A stretch of 64,000 nucleotides of DNA from Thermoanaerobaculia bacterium (GTDB lineage: Bacteria > Acidobacteriota > Thermoanaerobaculia > UBA5066). Where the stretch lies: assembly GCA_038245905.1 (NCBI GenBank), contig JBBRRY010000009.1, forward strand, positions 1-64,000. Reading direction: 5' to 3'. This document shows, in pieces, positions 39,773 to 51,449 of the stretch. Each line of letters opens with the position of its first letter. Within the stretch, counting starts at the first letter, position 1. The position numbers and the translations under genes were made by a program. The notes under the pieces are model-generated. The model did not search any database, was not told the origin of the DNA, and was given only the letters and a program-made list of their open reading frames with translations.

Positions 39773-40690
39773 CTACGCCACCAGGATCGGGTTTCTCAGG
39801 ACGCCGATACCCTCGATCTCCGACTCGAGCACGTCCCCGGGCTTGAGATATTCGGGCGGTTTGCGGGCGTGACCGATGCCCGGAGGCGTTCCCGTCGAGA
39901 GGATGTCCCCGGACTCGAGCGTCAGGCCGAGCGAAAGCTCGGCGAGGAGACGCGGAACCTTGAAGTACATCTGGCTCGTGTTTCCGTCCTGCTTCACGAC
40001 GTCGTTAACCCGCGAGACGAGGCGGCGCGAGGACCAGTCGAAGCCGTCCGCCGTGACGATCCAGGGCCCCATTGGCGCGTGCCCGTCCAGGCTCTTGCCC
40101 TTCCACCACTGACCGCCGTGCTTTTTCTGCTGTATGTCGCGGGCAGTAGTGTCGTTGAGGACGCAGTATCCGAATACGTGATCCATCGCCTCTTCCTCGG
40201 AGAGGTTTTTCCCGCGCCGGCCGACGATGACCGCAAGCTCGACTTCCCAGTCGATCGCCGTCGACACTCGGGGGTCGTACGGAATGGGGTCGTACGGGCC
40301 ATTGACGGCGTTCGTCCCCTTCGTGAAGAAGACGGGATGCTCGGGGAGAGCCTGGCCGGAATCCCGGAGCGATTTCCCTTCTTCGAAGTGCTCGACGTAG
40401 TTCCACCCGACGCAATGGACGTTGCGGCGGGGGACGGGGATCGGTGCGGTGAGGTGAACGTCCTCGACGCGTGGCCCGTCGCCGTCGGAGCGGCCGACGA
40501 GAGCCTGGACCTCGACGAGAGATTTCTCTTCCGCCGCGATCAGCGAAAGCATGTCGAGAGGATCGAACGACAGAGGACTGTTCTGCCGGCGCGCCTCCGC
40601 TCCGAGATCGACGACCCGGCCTTCGTCGGAGAGCACCCCGACGCGGATCCGTTCGCCGGCGAAGGGAACGAAGCTGAAAAGTCGCATCAC
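39773..40690 (-). CDS. fumarylacetoacetate hydrolase family protein
   Basis: CVGWNYVEH, DWEVELAV, NDTTARD, GKSLDG, TGTPPG. Confidence 0.93.
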   Translation of the reverse strand: MMRLFSFVPFAGERIRVGVLSDEGRVVDLGAEARRQNSPLSFDPLDMLSLIAAEEKSLVEVQALVGRSDGDGPRVEDVHLTAPIPVPRRNVHCVGWNYVEHFEEGKSLRDSGQALPEHPVFFTKGTNAVNGPYDPIPYDPRVSTAIDWEVELAVIVGRRGKNLSEEEAMDHVFGYCVLNDTTARDIQQKKHGGQWWKGKSLDGHAPMGPWIVTADGFDWSSRRLVSRVNDVVKQDGNTSQMYFKVPRLLAELSLGLTLESGDILSTGTPPGIGHARKPPEYLKPGDVLESEIEGIGVLRNPILVA

Positions 40691-40768
40691 TACCTCTCCT
40701 CTCGCACATGTTTCAACCGGGGGTCTCCCGACCCATTCAGGCCGGCTTCGGGCTCAAGATCAAAGATG

Positions 40769-41341
40769 TTAAAGGTCCGCCCGAAATGTCTCGACTTGAT
40801 AAACCGCCAGGCGCAGGTCACCGGCCCGGAGGTTGGCGGGAAGCCCGGCCTTTCTCTTGAGATGCGCCATGAAGTCGTGTGGCTCCGGCAGTTGTTCCCA
40901 GACCTGCGGCAGAAAGGTGGCGCGCTGCGTGCCGTATTGAATGATGACACCGTCGATGCCGGGACGAAGGCGGAGCAGGGCATCGGCCTCGCTGCTGAAC
41001 TCGAGCGGCTGCGGCGGGGTCAGCACGGAAACCTCGACGCATACGGCGGGTAATTCGTCGGCCGCCAGGGGTGGAAAGCGCGGGTCGCCAAAGGCGGCGG
41101 CATGGGCGTTGTGGGTCACGTCGTCGTACAGGGAGCGATGCGCTTCGAGTGAGCCGATGCAGCCGCGCAGCTGCCCGTGAAGGGTAAGGGTGACGAAGGT
41201 GGCCGCCGGTGCGTCGAGCCAGACCGGACGGAGCAGGAAGGGCCAGGACGCGCCGAATTCGGCGGCAATCGCAGCGCGTGCCAGTGCGGTGAGGAGCCGG
41301 CCTTTGGTCTGATGTTCCGCCGCCACGATGACTGTCTTCAT
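40769..41341 (-). CDS. amrA: AmmeMemoRadiSam system protein A (AMMECR1 domain)
   Basis: ATFVTL...LRGCIGS, AAFGDPRFPPL, EVSVL, ATFLPQVWEQLP, LKRKAG; ATG at 41341. Confidence 0.9.
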   Translation of the reverse strand: MKTVIVAAEHQTKGRLLTALARAAIAAEFGASWPFLLRPVWLDAPAATFVTLTLHGQLRGCIGSLEAHRSLYDDVTHNAHAAAFGDPRFPPLAADELPAVCVEVSVLTPPQPLEFSSEADALLRLRPGIDGVIIQYGTQRATFLPQVWEQLPEPHDFMAHLKRKAGLPANLRAGDLRLAVYQVETFRADL

Positions 41342-41361
41342 CGGTCGCCGCGAGCGAGGCC

Positions 41362-43287
<1,926 letters not shown>

Positions 43288-43329
43288 CTTGTGCCCTCGA
43301 CTCTCATACGCCGGTTTGGAGGATGTGGT

Positions 43330-43893
43330 TCATCTCGTGGGGGCGGGTCGGTCCGCTGCGGACTCGAACGGCGCCTCGCCTTCGGTTCGGACCTGGGCGA
43401 TGAACGGGAGGTTCCCGCCCTCGCCTTCGAATTCCATGCCATATCCGACGAGGACGCTTTCCTCGGCGGGGAAAAGGACGTAGTCCGCGCGGAGCGGGCT
43501 CTTCCGGTCCTGCGGGTGGTCCACCACACAGGCGAAACGGATCGAGCGGGGCTTTTCTTCCCGAAGCTGGTTCTGGAGCCAGCTTTCCACGACCCCGCTC
43601 CTCACGACGTCCTTGAGGACGATGAGATGGGAGTGAGCGACGTCGAACGGCGCCAGGAAGTGATAATTGACCACCTTCTCGTGTGCGCCCTCCCGGAGGA
43701 CGTCGATGTACTCGCAGCGCACCTTCCGGGGGACGGCCCGGGCCAGGTCCGCCACGAAGAAACCCGCGCCCTTGAGGACCGCGATGAGGACGATGTCTCC
43801 GTCCGGATAGTCCTGGGCGATCCTCCGGCCCACGTCCGCGACGCGCCGGGCGATCTCCTGGGGGCCGTAGAGCTCGTCGTAGATCAGAGCCAC
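43330..43893 (-). CDS. hpt: hypoxanthine phosphoribosyltransferase-like protein (divergent motifs)
   Basis: VLKGA..F.ADL, VGYG(M), NLPFI; position between tilS and ftsH; PRPP motif altered (KDVVRSG). Confidence 0.75.
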   Translation of the reverse strand: MALIYDELYGPQEIARRVADVGRRIAQDYPDGDIVLIAVLKGAGFFVADLARAVPRKVRCEYIDVLREGAHEKVVNYHFLAPFDVAHSHLIVLKDVVRSGVVESWLQNQLREEKPRSIRFACVVDHPQDRKSPLRADYVLFPAEESVLVGYGMEFEGEGGNLPFIAQVRTEGEAPFESAADRPAPTR

Positions 43894-43937
43894 AGGCGTG
43901 GAAGTCTAGCAGGGGGCTGCCCCGGGAACGGGGAGGA

Positions 43938-45413
43938 TCAGGGCCGCGAATACTCGTCGATGACGCGCCCGATGGCCCGCCGGCAGACGGGGCAGAAGCC
44001 CCCGGGGTCGCGCGTGAACATGATGCAGTCGGCCGATGGCCGGTAGAGTCCCTTCGCCTCGTAGGAGGCACCCTCGAATGCGCCAACCTTGCCGGACCAG
44101 GGCATCGAGGACAGCAGCTTCGAGTCGAGACCCATCTGCCGGCGGAAGAGATCGTCGAGCGCCGATGGGGGCGCGCCCGATGCGATGAGACGCTTGCGCT
44201 CGGCCTGAATGCCGCGCGTCTGTTTCTCGAAGGCGTCCTTCTCCCACGGCGTCGGCCGCGGCGTCCCCTTCTCGACGAGATCCGCCCATTTGAATGCCGC
44301 CGGGTCCGCCGTCACGTTCGGCTCCCAGGGCTCCGGCTTCGGGCCGCCGGTCTCGTAGGCCACGTCCGAGCCGTAGTACTCGTCGGCGAGGCCCGCGAAG
44401 TGATGGCCGAACTCGTGCACGAAGACGTATTCCGAAAAGCCCGTGTCCACCGAAGCTGTCGCCTGGAAGTTGTAGATGCCGCCGCCGCCGTACCGCGCGT
44501 CGTTCACGAGAATCTCGAGGAAGTCGTACGGCGCCGCCGATGCCGCTTCGCGAAGGGCGCGGTCGTCGTACGTGAGCATGTAGCGCTCCGAGCCGAAGAT
44601 GCCGTACTGGACGGACAGCGGCGTCCGCCGGAAGATGCGAGAGTCCGGGCGGAAAACGCCGCTCTCGCTCGCGGCGAGATCGAGCGCACGGACGTTGAAG
44701 TCGGCCCTGCGGCTCTTGAAAGGCTCGTACGTGAAGAGAATGTCCACGAGCCTCTTCACGTCGGCGTGGAACTTCGTCAGGTCTTTCTCGGCGTAGCCCT
44801 CGCCGAGGATCAGGAGGTCGAGCTTCGAGGCGGCGGGCCCGTTCTCGAAGACGGTCCAGACCTTCCCGAGGGGCGGGCGGGGCGCGGGGTTCGATTCCGG
44901 CCCGGCGGGGTCGATCACGGCCTGGAACAGCTCGTGGAAGACGTTGTCCTTGTCGCGGCGCTCGAGGACGACCCGGACTTTCTCCCGCGGCCATGGGATC
45001 CGGAGAGACTCCGGGAACGTGCGGGCGACTCGCCGGGCCTCTTCCGTCTGCTCCCATTCGCTGTAGAGCGAGGAGTAGCCGCGCGAGAAGACGACGCGAT
45101 TCGTCCGGAGGTCCCGCGCCTCGACGAAATGGCTGCCGAGATTCGTCTCGTCGAGGAGGCGCGTGCGGCTTCCCGGCCACGGCCCGTCGTCGACGGCGCG
45201 GTCGAGCGCCACGATCTCTCCCTTTGGACCGCCCGTGTGGAAGAGGTCGACGCGCATCGTGCGTCCGGTGAAACGGGTGTCGAATATCGAGGAAGAGGAA
45301 GAGATTTCTGCTGAAGAGGGAGAAGAAAGAAAGATTTCTTTGAAAAGGAAGAGAGAGGGGAGGGCCGCAGCAATCAACGAGAGGCGGCGCAGGGCGAGTC
45401 GGTGGGGCTTCAT
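43938..45413 (-). CDS. peptidase M64 (IgA peptidase) family protein
   Basis: LDLLILGEGY, YGGGG, HEFGHHFAGLADEY, EPNVT, GAFEGA, CIM..FCPVC. Confidence 0.92.
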   Translation of the reverse strand: MKPHRLALRRLSLIAAALPSLFLFKEIFLSSPSSAEISSSSSIFDTRFTGRTMRVDLFHTGGPKGEIVALDRAVDDGPWPGSRTRLLDETNLGSHFVEARDLRTNRVVFSRGYSSLYSEWEQTEEARRVARTFPESLRIPWPREKVRVVLERRDKDNVFHELFQAVIDPAGPESNPAPRPPLGKVWTVFENGPAASKLDLLILGEGYAEKDLTKFHADVKRLVDILFTYEPFKSRRADFNVRALDLAASESGVFRPDSRIFRRTPLSVQYGIFGSERYMLTYDDRALREAASAAPYDFLEILVNDARYGGGGIYNFQATASVDTGFSEYVFVHEFGHHFAGLADEYYGSDVAYETGGPKPEPWEPNVTADPAAFKWADLVEKGTPRPTPWEKDAFEKQTRGIQAERKRLIASGAPPSALDDLFRRQMGLDSKLLSSMPWSGKVGAFEGASYEAKGLYRPSADCIMFTRDPGGFCPVCRRAIGRVIDEYSRP

Positions 45414-45660
45414 GGGGTCATCGTAAGCCCGGAACGAATCGCACGCGACGCGGGTCGACCTGGATGCGTCCCCCGGCAAACTCCTCCCCGAAGGTCTTGT
45501 CGCCTTTCTCGAGACGGAGCAGGACCTTCGTGATCTGGGCTTTTCCAGGGACCCTTCCGCCCGCTCCTGCGGCGCGGACGAGCAGCCGGCCGGCCTCCTC
45601 GCGCGAGAGGCGGGTGAAAAACGCACGCGGCCAATTACCATTCGAAGAAATCTTCTCTTC
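45291..45660. repeat. AT-rich motif cluster spanning the M64 peptidase 5' end and the tilS 3' end
   Basis: + GATTTCTGCTGAAGAGGGAGAAG at 45303; + GATTTCTTTGAAAAGGAAGA at 45333; - GATTTCTTCGAATGGTAA at 45652-45635. Confidence 0.65.
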
Positions 45661-46389
45661 CGCCATCTTTTCGTCCAGACGCAGGTCGAGCGCGTCGAGG
45701 TGGCGCGTGACGGCCTCTCCGGCGCGGGCGAGCCTCCGGGAGGTTCCCGGGAACTTCCGTTCGAGGTCCGGAAGCACCGTGCGGCGGATGCGGTTGCGCG
45801 CGAACCCCTCGTTTTCGTTCGTTTCGTCCTCGCGGAACGGCGAACCGCGCTCTTCGAGGAATTGCCGGAGCTCGGCGCGCGAGAACGGGAGCAGCGGCCG
45901 GATCACGCCGTCTTCGCGCCGCGCCCGGATGCCGCCTCGCCCTCGGCCCAGCTTCCGCTCGAGATGGAGGAGGACGGTTTCGGCCTGGTCGTCGCGCGTG
46001 TGGCCCGTGAGGACCGGGGCGTCTTCGAGGTCGTGGGAGAGCGCGAGAAGTGCCGCATACCGAAGACGCCGCGCGGCGGCCTCGAGGCTCTCGCCCTTCT
46101 TTCGCGAAGTCGGCACGTCCACGGGGCGAAACGCGAATGGGATCTCGAGCGCGGCCGCGAAACGCGCGCAGAAGCGGGCGTCCTCGTCGCCGGCCGTGCC
46201 CCTCAGGCCGTGCGCAACGTGCGCCGACACGACCGCGACGCCGCGCGGCAGGGCCCACTCAGAGACGAGGATGAGGAGCGCCGTCGAATCGCCGCCGCCC
46301 GAATGCGCCACGAGAAGCGTCGAGGAGCCCGGCAGGAGGCGCTCCTCCTCGACGTGGCGGGCGAATCGTTCCTCGAGCGGCTCCTGCAT
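45418..46389 (-). CDS. tilS: tRNA(Ile)-lysidine synthetase
   Basis: SGGGDS PP-loop, H.AHGLR, EAAARRLRY, GHTRDDQAET, IRPLL, RNRIR. Confidence 0.93.
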   Translation of the reverse strand: MQEPLEERFARHVEEERLLPGSSTLLVAHSGGGDSTALLILVSEWALPRGVAVVSAHVAHGLRGTAGDEDARFCARFAAALEIPFAFRPVDVPTSRKKGESLEAAARRLRYAALLALSHDLEDAPVLTGHTRDDQAETVLLHLERKLGRGRGGIRARREDGVIRPLLPFSRAELRQFLEERGSPFREDETNENEGFARNRIRRTVLPDLERKFPGTSRRLARAGEAVTRHLDALDLRLDEKMAEEKISSNGNWPRAFFTRLSREEAGRLLVRAAGAGGRVPGKAQITKVLLRLEKGDKTFGEEFAGGRIQVDPRRVRFVPGLR

Positions 46390-46440
46390 CCTGCGCTATC
46401 ATCCGCCCTCCGCCCGGGCCCCCGGGCGAGCCTTTTTCGG

Positions 46441-46518
46441 GGCGGCGTAGCTCAGATTGGCCAGAGCAGGGGTCTCATAAGCCCTTTGTCGGCGGTTCGA
46501 TTCCGCCCGCCGCCACCA
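46441..46518 (+). tRNA. tRNA-Met (CAT), most likely elongator
   Basis: Cloverleaf with GGCGGCG/CGCCGCC acceptor stem, GCTC/GAGC D-stem, CTCATAA anticodon loop, TTCGATT T-loop and encoded CCA; paired G1-C72 argues against the initiator. Confidence 0.93.
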
Positions 46519-46546
46519 GCCTTCTCACGGGGCCTATGATTCCTCC

Positions 46547-46780
46547 GTGCGCCGGCGCGAGCAGGACGAGGACCCTTCACCTTACGTCTTCTGCGAAAGA
46601 TGTCAGCAGATGTCCGAGCGGATGCTCATCCAGGACTGCCCTTACTGCTCCAAGGAATTTTGCAGGTCCTGCGCCGTTCGCTCTGGAAGCCTCGCGTTCT
46701 GCAGCAAGGCTTGCGCGGACGCGTGGTTCTTCGCCGAGGCCGACGAAGATGAAGACGCCGAGGACAGGAAGAAGGACTGA
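46547..46780 (+). CDS. small Cys-rich putative zinc-binding protein
   Basis: CERC, CPYC, CRSC, CSKAC and an acidic tail; TATGAT 6 nt upstream of GTG. Confidence 0.7.
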   Translation: MRRREQDEDPSPYVFCERCQQMSERMLIQDCPYCSKEFCRSCAVRSGSLAFCSKACADAWFFAEADEDEDAEDRKKD

Positions 46781-46847
46781 CCGTGGGTCTCTCCTCCGGC
46801 GCGGACGCTGAGCGCCGTAGACTCTCCCGTCCCCTTCAGGAGGAGAA

Positions 46848-47696
46848 ATGTCGTGTGACCCGGAAGAGCTCGGGGGAATCGATCTCTTCGCGCACCTGAG
46901 CGCCGGGGACCGCGCGGGTCTCGCGGAGCTCGTCGACCGGAGAGCCCTGGAGGCCGGCGAGACGCTTTTTTCCATCGGAGACCCCGGCGAATCCCTCTTC
47001 GTCGTGAGAAGCGGCCGGGTCGAGCTGTTCCTCAAGGACACGGCCGGCCAGAAGATCGTGCTGTCGGTGGCGGACCCCGGCGACATCTTCGGCGAGCTGG
47101 CGCTCCTCGACGGCGGCGCGCGCTCTGCGAGCGTGGTGGCCCTCGCGGAAACGGAGCTCCTCGAGCTCAGCCGCGCGCACCTTCTCCCGCTGTTTCAGCG
47201 GAGCCCCGAAGTCGCACTGCGTCTCTTCGCCGGGATGGGTCAGATGACGCGCAAGGCGGACGATCTTCTGAAGGCCCGCGTGTCCCGCAACGCGAACATC
47301 GAGGCCGAGGCGAACCTCAGCCGCTTGCAGAAGGTCGCGGACTGGATCAGCGACTTCAGCGGCCGGATGCCCTTCCTGATCCTGAACGCGCTCTGGTTCC
47401 TCGTGTGGATCGCGGTCAACACGCTTCCGCTGGGCGTAGAGGCGTTCGACCCGTACCCCTTCGGCCTCCTCACGATGATCGTCTCGCTCGAAGCGATCTT
47501 CCTGTCCTGCTTCGTGCTCATCAGTCAGAACCGCCAGGCGGAGAAGGACCACGTGCGATCGGACATCGAGTACGAGGTGAACATCAAGGCGGAGCTCGAG
47601 ATCGCGCACCTGCACGAGAAGACGGACCGGATCCAGACCGAGATGCTCGAGCATTTCAGGCGCCTCGAGAAAGCGCTCGCCGCCGCACGCGGCTGA
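46848..47696 (+). CDS. cyclic-nucleotide-binding plus DUF1003 membrane protein
   Basis: FGELALLDGGARSA; FDPYPFGLL..SLEAIFLS..ISQNRQ. Confidence 0.9.
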   Translation: MSCDPEELGGIDLFAHLSAGDRAGLAELVDRRALEAGETLFSIGDPGESLFVVRSGRVELFLKDTAGQKIVLSVADPGDIFGELALLDGGARSASVVALAETELLELSRAHLLPLFQRSPEVALRLFAGMGQMTRKADDLLKARVSRNANIEAEANLSRLQKVADWISDFSGRMPFLILNALWFLVWIAVNTLPLGVEAFDPYPFGLLTMIVSLEAIFLSCFVLISQNRQAEKDHVRSDIEYEVNIKAELEIAHLHEKTDRIQTEMLEHFRRLEKALAAARG

Positions 47697-47712
47697 TAGA
47701 GTTCGAGGAAAC

Positions 47713-49602
47713 GTGCCCGCGACCGAGCGCATCTCGCCCGTCGAGGAATCTCTCCCCGAGTTCACGGCGAAGGCCGTGGTCACGGGCATCGTCCTCGGTC
47801 TCGTGTTCGGCGCCGCGAACGCGTACCTCGGCCTCCGGGTCGGGCTCACCGTGTCGGCCTCGATTCCGGCCGCCGTGCTCACGGTCGCCGTCTTCCGCCT
47901 CCTTGGCCGGAAGGGCTCGATCCTCGAGGCGAACATCTCGCAGACGATCGGCTCGGCGTCGACGTCGCTCGCGACCGGGACGATCTTCACGATTCCCGCA
48001 CTTTTCCTCTGGGGCGTCGCGCCCCCGTATCTGCAGGTCGTCGCGCTGTGTTTCCTCGGCGCTGTGCTCGGCCTCTCCGCCATGATTCCTCTCCGCCGGC
48101 TCCTCATCGTCGACGCCCACGACGAGCTGCCGTATCCCGAGGGGACCGCGTGCGCGGAGGTGCTGCGCGCGACGGTGGCGGATTCGAGCGGTAGCGTATG
48201 GATCTTTCGGGGCATGGCCGTGGGTGCGCTCGTGAAGATCGTGATCGCGCTCTTCTTCGTGATGCCGGGCGAGGTCGGAATGGCCCTTCCCTTCCTGCCG
48301 AAGGCGGAGCTCGCCGTGGAGCTCGCCCCGGCGCTGCTCGCGGTCGGGTACATCCTCGGTTACCGGCAGTCTGGGGTCCTCGTCGCCGGCTCGATCGTCT
48401 CGTCGCTCGTCCTCATTCCGCTCATCGCGTTCCTCGGACAGGGGCTCACGGCTCCTCTCTTTCCCGAGACCGTGAAGCTCGTGTCCGCGATGTCGACGGG
48501 GGAGATCTGGTCGCGCTACGTGCGGTACATCGGCGCGGGAGCGGTCGCGGCGGCCGGCATCCTGACGGTCCTCCGAAACTTCCCGACGATGGCGGGTGCG
48601 TTCCTGGCGGTCGTGAAGGGCGTGCGCCGGAAGGGTGGAGGCGCGGGCCCCGTCGTCCGCACCGATCGCGACCTGCCCGGAGGCTTCGTCTTCGGGGGCA
48701 TCGCGTTCGTCATCCTCGCGGCCGCGCTCGTGCCGGGTATCTTCTCGGGCGGCATGGGTCCGCTGCCGCGCGCCGTGTGCGCCGCGGGTGTCGGTGTCTT
48801 CGGCGTCCTGTTCGTCGCGGTCGCGGCCCGCATCGTCGGGATCGTGGGCGTGTCCTCGCAGCCCACGTCGGGTATCACGCTCGTCACGCTCATCGCCGTG
48901 GCGTCGCTCTTCGCAGCGGCAGGCTGGACGGACGGGAACGCCCGAGCGGCCGTCCTCACGGTCGGCACGATCGTCGCGATCGCGGCGTCGAAGGCGGGCG
49001 ACATCTCGCAGGATCTCAAGACAGGCTGGCTCGTGGGTGCGACGCCCGCCAAGCAGCAGCTCGGGCAGCTCATCGGCGCGTCTTTCGCCTGCTGGGGCGT
49101 CGCGGCGACCGTGCTGCTGCTCGGAAGCGCCTACACGTTCGGGACGAAGGAGATTCCCGCTCCCCAGGCCACGCTCATGAAGACGATCATCGAGGGCGTC
49201 CTGTCGGGCGCGCTTCCGTGGGGCCTCGTCCTGTCGGGCGCCGGGCTCTCCGTCGCGGTCATCCTCTGCGGGATCTCGGGACTCGCGTTCGCGATCGGCG
49301 TTTACCTGCCGCTCGCCTCCATGGCGCCGATCTTCGTCGGCGGCTGCGCGCGGGGCCTCGTCGAGAGGGCCCGCAAGGGCCTGCCGCCGTCGGACAGCGA
49401 CGCGGGGGTCCTCGCGGCGTCCGGCCTCGTCGCGGGCGAAGGCCTCGCGGGGGTTCTCGTGGCGGCGCTCGTGGCGCTGCGCATCGCGCCGAAGGGCCGC
49501 CCGCCGCTCGTCGCGGGTTTCCCGGGCGAGGCGCTGACCCTCCTCGCGATCCTCGCCGTCTGCGCGTTTCTCGTTCGCGCTGGCGCGAAGCGCAGAACGT
49601 GA
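47713..49602 (+). CDS. OPT family oligopeptide transporter
   Basis: NAYLGLRVGLTVSASIPAAV, PYPEGTA, QDLKTG, APQATLM. Confidence 0.93.
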   Translation: MPATERISPVEESLPEFTAKAVVTGIVLGLVFGAANAYLGLRVGLTVSASIPAAVLTVAVFRLLGRKGSILEANISQTIGSASTSLATGTIFTIPALFLWGVAPPYLQVVALCFLGAVLGLSAMIPLRRLLIVDAHDELPYPEGTACAEVLRATVADSSGSVWIFRGMAVGALVKIVIALFFVMPGEVGMALPFLPKAELAVELAPALLAVGYILGYRQSGVLVAGSIVSSLVLIPLIAFLGQGLTAPLFPETVKLVSAMSTGEIWSRYVRYIGAGAVAAAGILTVLRNFPTMAGAFLAVVKGVRRKGGGAGPVVRTDRDLPGGFVFGGIAFVILAAALVPGIFSGGMGPLPRAVCAAGVGVFGVLFVAVAARIVGIVGVSSQPTSGITLVTLIAVASLFAAAGWTDGNARAAVLTVGTIVAIAASKAGDISQDLKTGWLVGATPAKQQLGQLIGASFACWGVAATVLLLGSAYTFGTKEIPAPQATLMKTIIEGVLSGALPWGLVLSGAGLSVAVILCGISGLAFAIGVYLPLASMAPIFVGGCARGLVERARKGLPPSDSDAGVLAASGLVAGEGLAGVLVAALVALRIAPKGRPPLVAGFPGEALTLLAILAVCAFLVRAGAKRRT

Positions 49603-49627
49603 AGGGCTGACACGGCGTCGGTGAGGC

Positions 49628-49662
49628 AAAAAAAGATCGGGGCCGGCCCAAAGGCCGGCCCC
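49628..49662 (-). terminator. rho-independent terminator of the PA-domain peptidase operon
   Basis: GGGGCCGGCC-4nt-GGCCGGCCCC hairpin followed by GATCTTTTTTT on the minus strand. Confidence 0.85.
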
Positions 49663-49700
49663 ACGCAATGGAGAACGGAGGCGTTACCTCCAGAGGATCG

Positions 49701-51446
49701 TCACTTTGCCTTGGCGGCGCAGCTCTGGATGGCGCCCTTCTGGTTGCCGTTGATGATCCCGGCGCTCTTGAGGTCGTTGGTCAGATGCGCCACGCAGCTG
49801 ACGAAGCCGCCGTGATTCTTGGCGTCCGCCGCGCAGTGCTGGACCAGGTCCGAGATCGTGCAGCCGGTCGTGAAGAACGTGTTGGGAACGCCCGAGTCGC
49901 AGCCGTCGATGACGACGGTAGGCGCGAAGTTCGAATTGGGCTCGCAGTCGACGTTATCGGGCACACCGTCGAGGTCGGCGTCCGGGAACCAGCCAATGTC
50001 GCGGAGCAGCGGCAGCGTCAGGTCCTGCGGGGGTTTCACGGAGTGCGTCAGGTCGCTGTTGATCGAGGGCTCCATGAGCTGGTTCGGAAACGCGCTCGTG
50101 TCCCAGTGCGAGATCGTGGATCCCGGCTGCACCGGGTTCGGCGTGTAGAGGAGCGCGCGCCCCCCGACCGGATCCGTGCCCGCCCGTACCGAGAGGTCGA
50201 GCAGAAGCGTCGCGTTGAGCCCGGCGAGGTTGGCCTTGAGCGTGTTGCCGTCGGCCAGGGTGATCCGCACCGAAGGAATCGTGATCGTCGGGTCCGCCCC
50301 GCCAAGACCCGCCGGCGGAGCGCCCGCGGCGTTGTCCGCCACGATGACCGCGATGGCGCCGGCGTTCTGGGCGTTCTTGACCTTGACGACGAATCCGCAC
50401 GTCCCGCGGTCCACGAGCGCGATGTTGCCGGCGACGGCCGCCGCGTTCGTCATCGGCGAGCAGGCGTCAAACGTCGTGGGCCCGGCGCCGTCGGCCGGGT
50501 CGAGAGCCTGGACCACGTTGCCCGTGACGCCGGCGCCCGTGAGGGCTGCTCCGAAAGAGGCCGTGCCCACGTCGTAGGCGCCCGCGATGCCGGCTGGCGA
50601 GTTGACGCGCAGGAACGGCACGCCCAGGGAAAGCACGCCCGGGACGGCCGCGGTGACGGTCGCGCCGTTCCAGACGACCTTGCGCGAGTTGATGGCCGAG
50701 GCTTTGCGCTCCGCGTCCGTCATCTCGGGCCAGGTCTTGCCGCTCGTGAGGTCGAGGATTCTCTTTTCGTAGACGTCGTCAAAGCCGGCTAACAAGGCTC
50801 CGGTCGAGACGTTTGCAAACGACTGGAAGTTGAGACCGTGGGCGAACTCGTGCAGGAGCACGGTCACGAGGTCGATGTTGGACCCGTGGTTGAGGTCGAA
50901 TCCGTAGTACCAGTTAACGCCCGTCAGACACCCCGGCAAACCGATGTTGCTGTTGAACCTGGCCCGGATGTCGTCGGCGTTCGTACCGGTGGGCCCCGGG
51001 ATGGCGTCGAAGCCGAGGCGCTTGTTGGCCAGGGCGGTTCCATAGAGGGTGTTCGCCTCGAGGCCCGGGAAGGGCGGGACACCTCCGCCGCCGCTGTCAA
51101 GAACGACCTGGATCGCCCCCGCCGAGCCAAGCACGGCCGAGGTCGCAGTGCAAGTCAGCGGGACGAAGCTCGCCTGAATGAAGATCTCCACGTTGCTGTC
51201 GAGCGTCGAGCCCCAGATGCCGGCCGCGAACGTGAATGCGTTGAGACGCTGTGCGCCAAGGGTCGTCCCCGGGTTGCCGCCGACGGCGGGAAGCGGCGTC
51301 GGATCGTTGAACCCCACGCCGGGCCCGTTGACGTTCACGATCGTGATCGTCGCGGCTGCGGAGGCGATCGGCGCGGGAACGAGAACGAGGGCGAAGCACG
51401 CCAGCGCGAGAAGTGCGAGGAAGAGACCATTCTTCGGGTTTTTCAT
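49701..51446 (-). CDS. secreted zinc metallopeptidase-like protein with inserted PA domain
   Basis: Signal peptide; HEFAHGLNF; PA domain (IALVDRGTCGFVVKVKNAQNAGA); SHWD...LMEP; DLDGVPDNVD Ca-type loop. Confidence 0.85.
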   Translation of the reverse strand: MKNPKNGLFLALLALACFALVLVPAPIASAAATITIVNVNGPGVGFNDPTPLPAVGGNPGTTLGAQRLNAFTFAAGIWGSTLDSNVEIFIQASFVPLTCTATSAVLGSAGAIQVVLDSGGGGVPPFPGLEANTLYGTALANKRLGFDAIPGPTGTNADDIRARFNSNIGLPGCLTGVNWYYGFDLNHGSNIDLVTVLLHEFAHGLNFQSFANVSTGALLAGFDDVYEKRILDLTSGKTWPEMTDAERKASAINSRKVVWNGATVTAAVPGVLSLGVPFLRVNSPAGIAGAYDVGTASFGAALTGAGVTGNVVQALDPADGAGPTTFDACSPMTNAAAVAGNIALVDRGTCGFVVKVKNAQNAGAIAVIVADNAAGAPPAGLGGADPTITIPSVRITLADGNTLKANLAGLNATLLLDLSVRAGTDPVGGRALLYTPNPVQPGSTISHWDTSAFPNQLMEPSINSDLTHSVKPPQDLTLPLLRDIGWFPDADLDGVPDNVDCEPNSNFAPTVVIDGCDSGVPNTFFTTGCTISDLVQHCAADAKNHGGFVSCVAHLTNDLKSAGIINGNQKGAIQSCAAKAK

Positions 51447-51449
51447 GGC

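Noticed and set aside
46500-46560. tRNA 3' end as an integration site
   Set aside because: No duplicated tRNA 3' end and no integrase seen in the window
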